In this document: in pieces, positions 1 to 12,043 of the stretch | Layout: each line of letters begins with the position of its first letter | Numbering within the stretch: the first letter of the stretch is position 1 | From: Podarcis tiliguerta | Taxonomy: Eukaryota | DNA length: 64,000 nucleotides | Assembly: GCA_965153285.1 (NCBI GenBank) | Contig: OZ229115.1 | Strand: one strand, 5' to 3' | Translations under genes and position numbers: made by a program | The notes under the pieces: generated by a model | The model's input: only the letters and a program-made list of their open reading frames with translations | What the model was told of the DNA's origin: nothing | Databases searched by the model: none

Positions 1-125
1 ACGGGCCTTTGATTAATTAAACAAACTATGACATTTTAAATAAGGGGCGGTTGTATTGCTTTGTTTGTTATTATGGTATGTACTTTTGTGGTCTTATATT
101 GTAACCCACCCTGTGATCATTGGAT

Positions 126-275
126 NNNNNNNNNNNNNNNNNNNNNNNNNNNNNNNNNNNNNNNNNNNNNNNNNNNNNNNNNNNNNNNNNNNNNNNNNNN
201 NNNNNNNNNNNNNNNNNNNNNNNNNNNNNNNNNNNNNNNNNNNNNNNNNNNNNNNNNNNNNNNNNNNNNNNNNNN
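126..275. other. Assembly gap (150 N)
   Basis: Run of N. Confidence 0.99.
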
Positions 276-1457
276 AGCATTTGTATTTTTCTTTGTTCTT
301 TCCTATAAAAGCATTAAAAAATAATAATTTTAATGGTATCTAGTTTAGCAGCTCTTCAAACCCCAGGGTTTTGCCTGCCCTCTGGGCATGCAAAATTATT
401 AGAACAACAGTACTTCCCAATACCGGCCCTTCATTTTTTTAAAAAATGAAAAAGTCAAAAACAAGGAGGACACAAAAGTTAACTCCTAAAAGCACTACGT
501 GGATTAAGACTCCACTTGAGAGAATATGTGTTACAATCCAAGCCATCATATTGCTAGTTGCTGCTGCTGCTAGACTTCTGCCTGAATGTCAAGCCTCAGC
601 TGTTAGCATAGTGAGAACATTAGAAATCCAATGGTCACGAGAGTGCCCTCAGGCTGTACAGATTATCAGAAACTGGCTTAAAGCAAATGGTGAAACTTTT
701 AAAAGGCAGTCTTTTATGTATTGTTTTAAGAGAGCCCCTGGCTTTCCAGGTTGAGATGTTTTCCCCACACATTATGTTTGCCAGTTCAACTGCTCAATAC
801 CTCATAACATTTCACTATATCAATACCTCATAACATTTAATTTACTACCTGTTAATCTGTATACAGCAATATTTGATAGTTAAGCTTTCTTCTCATCTCT
901 CTGAAACTAATTTTGCATGCCTTTCAAAGCAAATTTCCATATCACCTACTCTAGGTTTATTTTTCTGACTCCTAGGGCTTATCCAGATTTTCAGCTCAAA
1001 TTAGTCACCGTTCAAAGTCAATAGCAATATATGCTCCTTGGCCACACATAATGGGTCGGTGGGATGGGGGGTTACCTTGATGAAGGGGAGGGTGGCATCA
1101 TCAGACCATTATAACCCTTCTCCCCTCCGGAAAAAAATAATCTGGCTGTTGTGCACATTATGGATGAGTGAACACTGGACCCATAAAATGGGGCTGAGTT
1201 TGTATTTGCCTGCTACCCTGAAGGCAAAATGTGGAGAAGCCTCTCAACAATTTCTCCTTGGCATACCACACCGCCAAAGTTTAAAGGCAGGGTTATGAAA
1301 AAGTGCAAAGAAATCACACTTTCTCTCTCAGCAGTTATCTGTTAAGTCTGAAATAGAACTTTCACATCACCTTTCCCTGCCGAACGGAAATGCACAAGCT
1401 TTGCTCCCGTCAAGAACATGTGTCTTTCCCAGTGGAGAGAAGTGCTCAGTATATATC

Positions 1458-1615
1458 ATCTGGTCCAGAGTTATATAGGGCTTTGTGTGTAAGCAGCAGA
1501 TCCTTAAAACTGGCTCAGTGGCTAATGGGCAGTGAGCATATATGCTAATAGCCACCGAGCCAGTTTTAAGGATCTGCTGCTTACAAACAAAACCCTACAT
1601 AGCTCTGGACCAGAT
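1458..1615. repeat. Inverted repeat, 67-bp arms (1458-1524 / 1549-1615), 24-nt loop
   Basis: Arms are reverse complements with 5 mismatches; the sequence is L2-derived. Confidence 0.95.
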
Positions 1616-1920
1616 TACCTCTTCACTGCCTAGTAAGGGTGCTATGAGCAGCTAATGGGATCCAGAAAACTTTGCCACATCCTGATGATTATAAGCTTGT
1701 GGCAACTGGTAGCACCAGTGTTGTGGAATAACCTTCCTTCTGAAATACAAGCAACCCCATCACCATTGGCATTCCACTAGTTCCTTGAGAGACACTTGGT
1801 TAGGCGAGCATTCCCCTGAACCTAACTTGTGACGTCATTGTTTTAACTGCTTTTTAGCTGTTTTAATTGTTTTATAGTTGTAAACTGCTGCTAAGAAGCT
1901 GTTTTGGCATATAAGTGGTG
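1549..1920 (+). mobile_element. Degraded L2 LINE 3' fragment
   Basis: Translates to SHRASFKDLLLTNKTLHSSGPDYL...APVLWNNLPSEIQATPSPLAF*..HLVRRAF*, typical of the L2 ORF2 C-terminus, followed by a T-rich 3' UTR. Confidence 0.75.
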
Positions 1921-3220
1921 TATGGCGATGTGATGAGGTCCGTTCAGAAACATTGACAAGAAAGTGTCTAATGTGTCACCAAATGCAAACTCCATCAGTT
2001 TGGTCAGTCAGCATCAGGGTGAGGGAGATTTCTTTCTGTCATGTAGACAGGCCTGAACAGCTTTATGCAGCCTCTTACATTATAGCACCCTAACAGGGAC
2101 TCAACTGAACAGATAAGGAACCTCAGTTGCTGAAACTAAATGAGGCTTCCCAACTTCTCTTTCTGACCCTTGAGATTCCCCCCCCCCCAGGTCACTGGTA
2201 CTGCTCCATGCCCATTTTGAGTGGTGGGTTGGAAGGTGTTATTTTGACTATGACGATGCCTCTTGTTTGGCCAGATGGAGAATGGGGAGATGTGTATGTT
2301 TTTGCATGGCTAGAATGTAGCTTACAGTGCAATGGTAAGAACTGCATACATTGCAATACTCCTCTTTGCTTCTTGCACCATGCAGCACTGGCAAGCAGTC
2401 CCTGAAAGCAGTTTGCCTACAAGATAATGAAACTGTCCGGCTGAAAAAAAGTTTGCTCATCCTGCAACAAAGGCTCCTGATATTGCCTTGTGCTCTGAAC
2501 TACTGGTAGGGGAAAGGGTTGTAAAACCCCAGGGAATCCTCAGGCCATGGCTGCTGGGTGTGTTCAACTTGGTAGGTCGAAAGTTGTGCGGGTCTGTGCA
2601 AAATATGAATGGAAAGAAACTGACGCTACACACAAAGCTGGTAGAACCAAATGAAACAGCCAGGTGTGACTCTCACCAAGATCCAAACTGGAATCCCTCC
2701 ATCGTTTTCCTACCAGCCTGATAATAAAAAGTTTTGAGACTTTTCAGTCTGCATTTCCCTAGTATGTTAATTCTCCAAAGCCCCCATATTATTTTGCTTC
2801 ATCTGACCTGAATCTGACTTATTGCATTTCCCAAGCTACTTTTCACTCAGCGGTTAATTAAAAGATTAAGTCCTTGACACAAAGCTTACAGCCCTTATTG
2901 GCACCCATTAGCCCAGCTAGACTAATTCTCCTGAAAACCAAACCTCCTTATATTCCTGGGGTCATGAGTTTAGCTTCAATTCCCTAAATCTTTAGCATTT
3001 GCTGTTAACTTAATTCTTCGAAATAAGCCTGCTGTAGGGAGTTTGCATTCAAATTTAGAAACGAAACATAAGCAAGGTAAAGCCAGCTTTATGTGTTGTT
3101 TCCAAACAAGCAGGCCGGTTTTTACAGAGGACTGCCACCCTTTGGAATTGCAGTAGACAGCTATAAAATTAGCATGTCGATTTAAATATCCAGAGTACCT
3201 GGGATCAAGGCCTGTAAAGA

Positions 3221-3357
3221 AGGGGTAGCTAAACTGTGGCCCTACAGATGTTGCTGATCTAAAACTCCCATCAATCTCAGCCAGCATAGGCAATGGTCAT
3301 GAATGATGGGATTTGGAGTCCGTCAACATCTGGAGGGCCACAGGTACCCCACTCTGA
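3221..3357. mobile_element. hAT-type MITE (squamate 'gatgggagttgtagtcc' family), degraded
   Basis: Foldback gtggccctacagatgttg...caacatctggagggccac, with internal ctcccatca/tgatggga arms. Confidence 0.75.
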
Positions 3358-3447
3358 CTGCAAAGGATGTATTCTGTTCCCGCCATCCTATAGGAAGATC
3401 CTATGGTTGCTAACCACAGAACACCGTGGTTGAAGAGTGGGAATATA

Positions 3448-3670
3448 GTCAGTGTCTTGTAGTAGTTAGAGTGTTGGACTAAGGTCAAAGAGATGCAGGT
3501 TCAAATCCTCCACCTAGGCATGAAACTCATTGGGTGACTTTGGGCCACTATCGCTTAGCCTAACATCACAGGGTTGTCGGTAAGATAAAATGGAGGGGAC
3601 ATGGATGTTTCCTTGAGCTCCTTGCAGTAAAGGTGGGAGATAACTGTAATTAACAAATAAATAAATAAAT
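3448..3670 (+). mobile_element. tRNA-derived SINE (MIR/Anolis-SINE2-like), degraded
   Basis: A-box-like tgtagtagttagagtgttggact, B box ggttcaaatcc, core gggtgactttgggcca, and an (AAAT)n tail. Confidence 0.75.
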
Positions 3671-4077
3671 ATGTAACAAATAAATTTTGGCAGCAATAAC
3701 ACAAAAGGCACAATGATTGTCTTTGCATTTATCAACTGCTTTTCAACAACTGTCCTTAAAGTTACATTCAAGTTTAAATGGCAATAATAATAAATAGGAC
3801 ATGCAAGTTTAAATCAGCTAAAAATAAATTTTGTTACAAAAGAGGTCAGGAGAGAAGGTAAGTTTACAAAAGCCAAAGAAACCGCAAACGTTTTTGACTA
3901 CTTTCAAAACAAGCAGAGATGAGATGGGTAATACTCTCAATGAAAAGACTTTAAATACTCCAAGGCATTTCTAGAAAAATCAGAAACCACCTTGGCACCC
4001 ATAAACGTTTGCACCTGCAATAAGTCATCATTAGAAGATCTCAAATCTCAGATGTGTAGGATCTTGATCATCTAGGA

Positions 4078-4207
4078 CAGGGATGGGGAACCTGTAATTT
4101 TCCAAATACCATTGGATTCCAGCTCCCATCTAGCATGACCAGGACCTGGAAATGATGGGAGTTGTAGTCCAACGACACCTGACAGGCCACAGGTTCTTCA
4201 TATCTGA
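4078..4207. mobile_element. hAT-type MITE, degraded
   Basis: cagggatggggaacctgt...gatgggagttgtagtcc...acaggttcttcatatctg. Confidence 0.7.
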
Positions 4208-5123
4208 TTTTAGGGATTTATGAACTGGGCCCAGAAAAAGATGGCTTGCCAACAGAGTTGTTACAAGAAAGTTGTAATATGATCACACTAGTTTCTGCCA
4301 GTGGATTGGGCAGTGGCTTCTTGCACCAGCTGAAGTTTCGAAAACTACTTTAAAAAAACAACCCCCTGTAGAGCTATCTAGTCTGGAAGTCACCGAGGCA
4401 AGAATTATAGCAACCAGATCAAGTTGCCCAAAGCTAAGAATCCTCAGTTCTTTTGTTAGAAGTCACCAGCCTTCAACATTGAAATCAACAAAGAAAGCTA
4501 AGTTAATTTCCCAAGGTGTGTGAGAGGGAGAGAAGGCAAAGTTTAATAACGATATACAAAAAAGTAGCTGTTCAAGAATCCTATTTATGTTAAAAGGAGT
4601 TGTCATTAAATCCAACCTTCCCCCCGTCTGCCCAAACCTGGCATCTGGAATTGCTCAGATCCCAATGACGACCTTATATATTTCTTTTAATTATTCTGAA
4701 GTAACCTCCTCCAGTCCCAGTACAAGCCCTCAGCTACTTCAGGCAAAGACACTATAATGATTTCAATTAAATCTTGGCCTCTCCCCAACAGAACACAAAT
4801 TAAAAGCATTACTAGGAGATACAAGCTTCATTGCTTGGAAGTGTTATATAGAGAAAGGGGGAAAGTTGCCAAGGGTTTGTTGTCATTTCATAGGCAATGG
4901 GGGGGGGATTAACTCCTTGGTGGCCAATCTGGTGCCTAAGATGATAGCACAGTGTCTATGTTGATGCTCCAATGAGGTCCCAGTCCTCTCTGTTGTTTGG
5001 TTATAAGATAAACTGATCTGAAGGATCAAACTATATTGGCTTTGAGCTCTAATATTGTGGATGAATGTCTACCACTTTTTGGACTTGCAATCATATCTCA
5101 ATATTTGTGATACGTCTGTGTTC

Positions 5124-5182
5124 TGGTGTGTGTTTGTATGTGTGTGTGTGTGTGTGTGCGTGCCTGTATGGGTGTGTATGAG
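5124..5182. repeat. (TG)n microsatellite, imperfect
   Basis: Seen directly. Confidence 0.9.
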
Positions 5183-5302
5183 TGTCCCCACCCACTTTCC
5201 TGGCCCCAACCTTAGCTTACATGTGGCATGCAGAGGAGGAGCAATGGGGCCCCCCAACCAGAAAAAGGTAGCTATGTCTGGTATAAATGCTGAGTATTAC
5301 TA

Positions 5303-5531
5303 CAGTGGACACTCGGGTTGCAAATGTGATTCATGTGGGATGCATGTTCGCAACCCGCAGTGTTTGCAAACCACAGTGGCGCGTCTGCGTACACACAGGT
5401 TGCGATTCAGCGCTTCTGTGCATGTGCGACCCCCAAAACCCGGAAGTAACCCATTCTGGTACTTCCGAGTTTCGGTGGTCCGTAACCCAAAAAAATGCAA
5501 CCTGAAGCATCTGTAACCCGAGGTATGAATG
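5303..5531 (+). mobile_element. Tc1/mariner (Tigger/pogo-like) MITE
   Basis: TA|cagtggacactcgggttgca...tgtaacccgaggtatgaatg|TA; same family as the inverted copy at 60641-60870. Confidence 0.85.
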
Positions 5532-6500
5532 TATTTGTCTCATTTTCTTTCCTCTGTGTGAAACAAATGGCACAGAAACAACATACGGTAGATATAGTTT
5601 GGTGGCTCAGCAAGATTTCTCAATACCCTTATAAAGCTCTTATTTAACTGAATGAAGCACAGCTGTCCCAGGATGTTTTGCTTCTTCAGGCAAAAGAGCA
5701 AATGCTGCCTCCTCACCGTTACTTCTTCTTCCTCCACAGCCCCACCTTCTCCTCTTTCTCCAAAGCCTTGCCTCTGCCTCTTCAAACACCCCACTTCCAT
5801 CTTTTCTACAGCCCCTCATACACATTGAAGGTGATGAGGGAGTAAAAGGAGGCTGAGGAGGAATGGGTGGCAGTGGGTGGGTGTGGAAGAGGCAAGCAGG
5901 CACAGAGGAGGAGACCACAGTAGCAGGCAAGTGTGGAGGAGGAGGAGCTTGGGTGAATTAGATTGAAATTATCACTTATAGTTTCTGGAGTTCAAATGCT
6001 TTATTCATGTAGGAGCAATTAACAGGATCAGTAGAGATGAAAGCAATAAATAGCAGACATCTTGTCTCAACAAGCTCAGCTTTTATAGGTGGAGGCCACA
6101 AGCAAGCACTGGCTGAATTGCTCGACAAACAGTACCCATGGGTGGTTTAAAGTAATACATGCATTAACTAGAAAATCAGAAGAAGGAAATGTATCTGGGT
6201 TTCTCCAATAGGAATTGCTTTCACACATGTCACCAATAGTATACTTATTGCACTCTGTGTTGTTTCTCTCCCCTCTTATTCACAGTTCCTTACTCGTAGC
6301 CATTACTTCAGTTTAAAATCACCAGACTGAGCAAAATACTCACACATGAGAACTGCTGCTTATTTAGGCATAAGACTACACAACCCACTATGCAGTGAAA
6401 CTGTGGACAGAATACAGATATAGAGGTTTCATTAAAAACAAATCAATTGTCAATGGTGACAAACCAATGGTCTTCTGGAGTTTGGAATCTGTTACAGATT

Positions 6501-6745
6501 CCTTCTGGCGGTTCCTTCACTGTGAGAAGTGAAGTTACAGGGAACCAGGCAGAGGGCCTTCTCGGTAGTGGAATGCCCTCCCATCAGATGTCAAGGAAAT
6601 AAACAACTATCTGACCTTCAGAAGACATTTGAAGGCAGCCCTATTTAGGGAAGTTTTTAATCTGATGTTTTAATGTATTTTTAATATTTTGTTGGAAGCT
6701 GCCCAAAAGTGGCTGGGGAAACCCAGCCAGATGGGCAGGATATAA

Positions 6746-6788
<43 letters not shown>
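6501..6788 (+). mobile_element. L2 LINE 3' end with (TAT)n tail
   Basis: Encodes ...TRQRAFSV..WNALPSDVKEINNYLTFRRHLKAALFREVF; 3' UTR gtggctggggaaacccagccagatggg is shared with three other copies in the window. Confidence 0.85.
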
Positions 6789-7784
6789 GCAAATAGACTC
6801 ACTAGGGATTCAGGTTACCCCTGCAAATATTGGAGGAGCTCTGAATGCACAGGAAACCCCTACAACCCAGGTCAACATGCAGGGGTGCTGGTGTCTGTGC
6901 TGTTGGACTTAAGAGCAAAAGAGCCCACAGGACTTGCAAGCCCTCTCTCAATGTATTATTTCAATGTACTGAGGGTTTATCTGAGCCCTCTAACACAAGT
7001 TTCCATATGCTCACTGAGGATAATTCCAAAGTAATAGCACCAGTTCCCTAATATAAAGCCAGGGTGGACCTAGTCTGACAGAACAATTGCATAAGGGATA
7101 TTTAGCCAAGCTTGCCTGTAGAAATTCTTGAAGGCACAGGACAGGCTCAAAGAACACATTATTTACAGTCAAAGGAAAACTTTGTGTGAAGTATCCTTCT
7201 CCAAGAGATAGAAGACGCCTGGTATTGTATCATATTTCTCCCGTTTAAGAGAAGGAAAATAGATATATTTCAAAGCGAGAACGGCTCCAGAAAGTTTAAT
7301 TTAGGAGGCTAATCCCCTGATATCTTTGGGCTTTGTGTTGGTTTTGTTTTTGCTCGAATAAATTTGGCTAGCAAGGAACAGCAGGACTGCCTCAGCTCCC
7401 CCACACTGTCTCTGAGCACCACTATATCATCTCCACCATGTTTCAAGACACAGAGTTTAAATATTTTTTAACCTAGTTCCCCCCACACCCACACTCTTTT
7501 CTCAAGATGTTCTGTAAAATGCAGTCTTGTTTCCAGTATGCAGTTGGCTGGATTTCTCAACCCATTGCTCTTCTGCATTTGTAGAAGGGAGATGAAAGTA
7601 ATAGAGAATTTCAAGTCTGATCAAGAAGATATACTGGTGTCAGAAGTCAGCATCACTGGGCACTTGTCAGAGCCCACAGATCAACACACACACACACCGA
7701 CTAACCAGAGACATTAGAAAACAATGAGACTTCCTGCAACCATATTTGTTTTTCCTTGTGCAAATGCAAAAAAAGAGCCTATTG

Positions 7785-7919
7785 CTGACATAGGCAAACT
7801 TGGCCCTCCAGATGTTTTGGGACTACAATTCCCATCATCCCTGACCACTGGTAATGTTAGCTAGGGATCATGGGAGTTGTAGTCCCAAACATCTGAAAGA
7901 CCGAGTTTGCCCATGGCTG
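7785..7919. mobile_element. hAT-type MITE
   Basis: Foldback cataggcaaact...agtttgcccatg with an imperfect 8-bp TSD (gcctattg/acctatag). Confidence 0.85.
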
Positions 7920-8214
7920 ACCTATAGTCCTGGCCACCAATGGGGCCCATGGCATGGAATGAAAGCTATGGCATTTAGGGAGAGAAAACCATAAAACCCT
8001 CTAAATTGGCTTTAAAACCAAGCCAGTTATTTTCTCCTCTCATCACTTGCTTTGCTTAACATCCAGCCCAATGAAGGCTCCTGGATAACCCAAAAGCTTG
8101 CTCACTTTTTTTATATATATAAAACAAAAAGGTAAGGTATTGAAGGAATCATCCTATTTATCTTCTTCTTATGGGTCAACATGACTACCATTGCATTTTT
8201 TAAAAGTTTAGTTT

Positions 8215-8405
8215 TAACCCTTACAACAACCTCCATTGAAATTCATTATTCTATTCCTTTTTGCAGATGGGTTGAGGCTTGAAGCTAAGGAAAAAGGGAT
8301 CTCTGTACAACCCCCTACCACATTCCTGGCAGAAGTGGGATTCAAACCAGGGACTGGCTGATTTGTAGGCCCATCGCTCAGCTGCTATTCTTGCACAGCA
8401 CCACC
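8215..8405 (-). mobile_element. Old MIR-like tRNA SINE
   Basis: cttacaacaacc...ttttgcagatggg...gggattcaaacc, the reverse complement of a SINE core and B box. Confidence 0.55.
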
Positions 8406-9043
8406 CCACCCCAGAGCTGAACAAGATATTAAAGCAAGAGATTACAGCAACTGGTGCATGCTTCTGCATTTCATGTTTCTGCTATAAAATGCAGAGTTTT
8501 ATAGATCTCGCCACAGGTGGAATCTGAGAGCTGCAGGGGTTGTTGCAGGGGGGAGTCCGAATTCATATGTTAAAGAACAATGATCTCAAAGTCTGTAGCC
8601 CATGAAAGCTTATGGAGAAATAAATTTGTTAGGATGCTATATGACACTTTCTAGCATATTTGCTGCAAATATACTAAAATGACTAGTACTCAGGAATTTG
8701 CCTTTATGCTTCTATCCCCCACCAACCCCCACCTCCATGTTATGCTCACACCCAGTCAGCAATCAGAAGAAACAACACACAGGGAGCACAAATGCTGATG
8801 TCGATCAAAGAATCAGTGTAGAATAGTAACATAATAATCATTCATTCATTCATTTTTAAGCACTTGTTTCGCAAACGTGATCCAAAGCGACTTAAATCAA
8901 AATGTAAGGAGGCATCATTTTTCATTCTGCCCTGTACTTGTCACATGCAGAAGAGTTTCCGTTCCACTGCAGTTCGCCTTCCACCAAAAAGTATTGGAGG
9001 AAATAGCAGCAGGTGGGAAGTGGAATCAATTGCGTGTTGTTTA

Positions 9044-10814
9044 AACAGACCAGACAAGAAAGGAGGAGGAGTGGCGTTATATGTCAGGGATCTGTATACC
9101 TGTGAAGAGATCCAAGATTTAGAACCTCAAAGCCAAAGTGAGAGCATTTGGGTCAAAATTAAGGGAGAGAAGAATAACAGTGACCTCATTGTGGGAGTTT
9201 ACTATAGATCCCCAAGCCAAACGGAGGACATAGATGATGCCTTCCTGGAACAGATGGCCAAGCATGCAAAAGGAAGGGAGATAGTAGTTATGGGGGACTT
9301 CAATCACTGGCAATCATCTTTGAGAATTCCTGGAGAACAGGCGAAGTCCCAGCAGACTGGAGGAGGGCAAATGTTGTCCCTATTTTCAAAAAGGGGAAAA
9401 GAGAGGACCCAAATAATTACCGCCCAGTCAGTCTGACATCAATACCAGGGAAGATTCTGGAGCAGATCATCAAGCAAACAATCTGTGAGCACCTAGAAAG
9501 GAATGCTGTGATCACCAATAGTCAGCATGGATTTCTGAAAAATAAGTCATGTCAGACTAACCTGATCTCGTTTTTTGACAGAATTACAAGCCTGGTAGAT
9601 GAAGGGAACGCAGTGGATATAGCCTACCTTGATTTCAGCAAGGCATTTGACAAGGTGCCCCATGATATTCTTGTAAAGAAGCTGGTAAAATGCGGTCTTG
9701 ACTATGCTACCACTCAGTGGATTTGTAACTGGCTGACTGACCGGACCCAAAGGGTGCTCATCAATGGTTCCTCTTCATCCTGGAGAAGAGTGACTAGTGG
9801 GGTGCCACAGGGTTCTGTCTTGGGCCCGGTCTTATTCAACATCTTTATCAACGACTTGGATGATGGACTCAAGGGCATCCTGATCAAATTTGCAGATGAC
9901 ACCAAACTGGGAGGGGTGGCTAACACCCCAGAGGACAGGATCACACTTCAAAATGACCTTGACAGATTAGAGAACTGGGCCAAAACAAACAAGATGAATT
10001 TTAACAGGGAGAAATGTAAAGTATTGCACTTGGGCAAAAAAAATGAGAGGCACAAATACAAGATGGGTGACACCTGGCTTGAGAGCAGTACATGTGAAAA
10101 GGATCTAGGAGTCTTGGTTGACCACAAACTTGACATGAGCCAACAGTGTGACGCGGCAGCTAAAAAAGCCAATGCAATTCTGGGCTGCATCAATAGGAGT
10201 ATAGCATCTAGATCAAGGGAAGTTATAGTGCCACTGGATTCTGCTCTGGTCAGACCTCACCTGGAGTACTGTGTCCAGTTCTGGGCACCACAGTTCAAGA
10301 AGGACACTGACAAACTGGAACGTGTCCAGAGGAGGGCAACCAAAATGGTCAAAGGCCTGGAAACGATGCCTTATGAGGAACGGCTAAGGGAGCTGGGCAT
10401 GTTTAGCCTGGAGAAGAGGAGGTTAAGGGGGGATATGATAGCCATGTTCAAATATATAAAAGGATGTCACATAGAGGAGGGAGAAAGGTTGTTTTCTGCT
10501 GCTCCAGAGAAGCGGACACGGAGCAATGGATCCAAACTACAAGAAAGAAGATTCCACCTAAACATTAGGAAGAACTTCCTGACAGTAAGAGCTGTTCGAC
10601 AGTGGAATTTGCTGCCAAGGAGTGTGGTGGAATCTCCTTCTTTGGAGGTCTTTAAGTGGAGGCTTGACAACCATATGTCAGGAGTGCTCTGATGGTGTTT
10701 CCTGCTTGGCAGGGGGTTGGACTCGATGGCCCTTGTGGTCTCTTCCAACTCTATGATTCTATTCTATTCTATTCTATTCTATTCTATTCTATTCTATTCT
10801 ATTCTATTCTATTC
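9044..10814 (+). mobile_element. CR1 LINE, 5'-truncated, internally deleted, young
   Basis: APE endonuclease motifs (GGGVALYV, VGVYYRSP, MGDFN) joined at ~9304 to the RT region; CR1 3' UTR and (ATTCT)n tail; candidate TSD tgttta at 9038-9043 and 10815-10820. Confidence 0.97.
9307..10692 (+). pseudogene. CR1 ORF2 reverse transcriptase/C-terminal half, stop-free frame without its native start
   Basis: [66 protein letters not shown]; includes ORF 9508-10692. Confidence 0.95.
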
Positions 10815-10815
10815 T
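10756..10815 (+). repeat. (ATTCT)n CR1 tail
   Basis: About 12 pentamer units. Confidence 0.95.
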
Positions 10816-11735
10816 GTTTATGGACAGAAAGCAGCAGCAACAACGGAGAACACTGATCATATTTGCTGGACTGATTTCCGTTCTGGGCATAGGACAAACA
10901 AATGAGCACTGTCAATTTCCACTCCCAGTTCCATTTTCCTTGGAATTCTCCAACATCCCTAGTATAGAAGAAGGTTTTGATGCCTGCATAAGGGGATCCC
11001 ATGCCAGGGCTACTATTGGTTGTAATAAATCAGGCTGATTGCCTCCCCCAGATGCATACACACTCCCAGCATAATCCCAAAACTTGCTGGGGCAGCACAT
11101 AAGTGTAAGTAATTAGAATGAGGTGTATCAACAGCTATGCTGTTGTGGTTTCACAGCACAGGATGCTAAGCCGGTGCTGCAGGGACCTTATGCCAGCATT
11201 GCAGACAGATAGGGCTGCTGATTTATTTATTTTTACTGGCCCCGCTCCTGGGCTTTTAACAGCAGAAAAGAAAACGGGCAAAAAAATTAAGCAGAGGCTT
11301 CTGCCTGTCGTGCCGAAGGAACTTCAGCCCCTTAATTTTCTGTTTATGAGGTTGTTGTTAAAGGTTTGTTGTGCAGGGAACTCTGAAGAAGTGCTCCCAG
11401 TCAGCTCAGAAGTGGAGCATTTCACTTATGCTGTATTCAGCTTGGGCCGTGCTGCTTCAGGCTTACTTAAGGATTGCTTTGACGTGGAATTTTCTTCAAA
11501 CAGCAGGCCTTCCTTGTAACAAACTGCCCTGTGTAGTTTATTTAAGGAGCTCAAACCTACACGTCTCTCCTTTCATCTTTACAGCTCTGGTTTTTGAAGC
11601 CACTTCAGAGGAAGCCACTGCAACGATGAACCTTATAAAGAAACGTATGGTTACACTTTGCTTTTCTTGCTTGAACGTGACTCCTTGGTCCATAACATTA
11701 AGTACAGTTGCATTTCGTTGAGGCACCATTCCTTG

Positions 11736-11998
11736 CAGGACCAGCCCTACCATTAGGCAAAGTGAAGCGGCTATCTCAGGTAGCAGGCGCTGAGGGGCAG
11801 GTAGTGGGCTCAGCTGTGTGTGCAATGCTGCCTCCTCTATGCCCTCTAAGTCAACCTGTTGTTGGGGATGTTTGAGAATTCTAGCAAAAAAAAGAGAGAG
11901 AAAGAAATGGGAGCAGAGATGGCTAAAATCTGCTTAATCATCTCTGTTCCAGAATGGAAACCAACCCAGCAAATACAATTAATATTTGCGCAGGGGCC

Positions 11999-12043
<45 letters not shown>

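Noticed and set aside
56-343. ORFs spanning the N run
   Set aside because: Artefacts of the assembly gap.
794-838. 19-bp direct repeat; also a 21-bp tandem duplication at 44500-44543
   Set aside because: Ordinary local slippage duplications.
8864-9436. 190-aa ORF as a gene
   Set aside because: Non-coding flank fused to a CR1 endonuclease fragment, then an out-of-frame tail.
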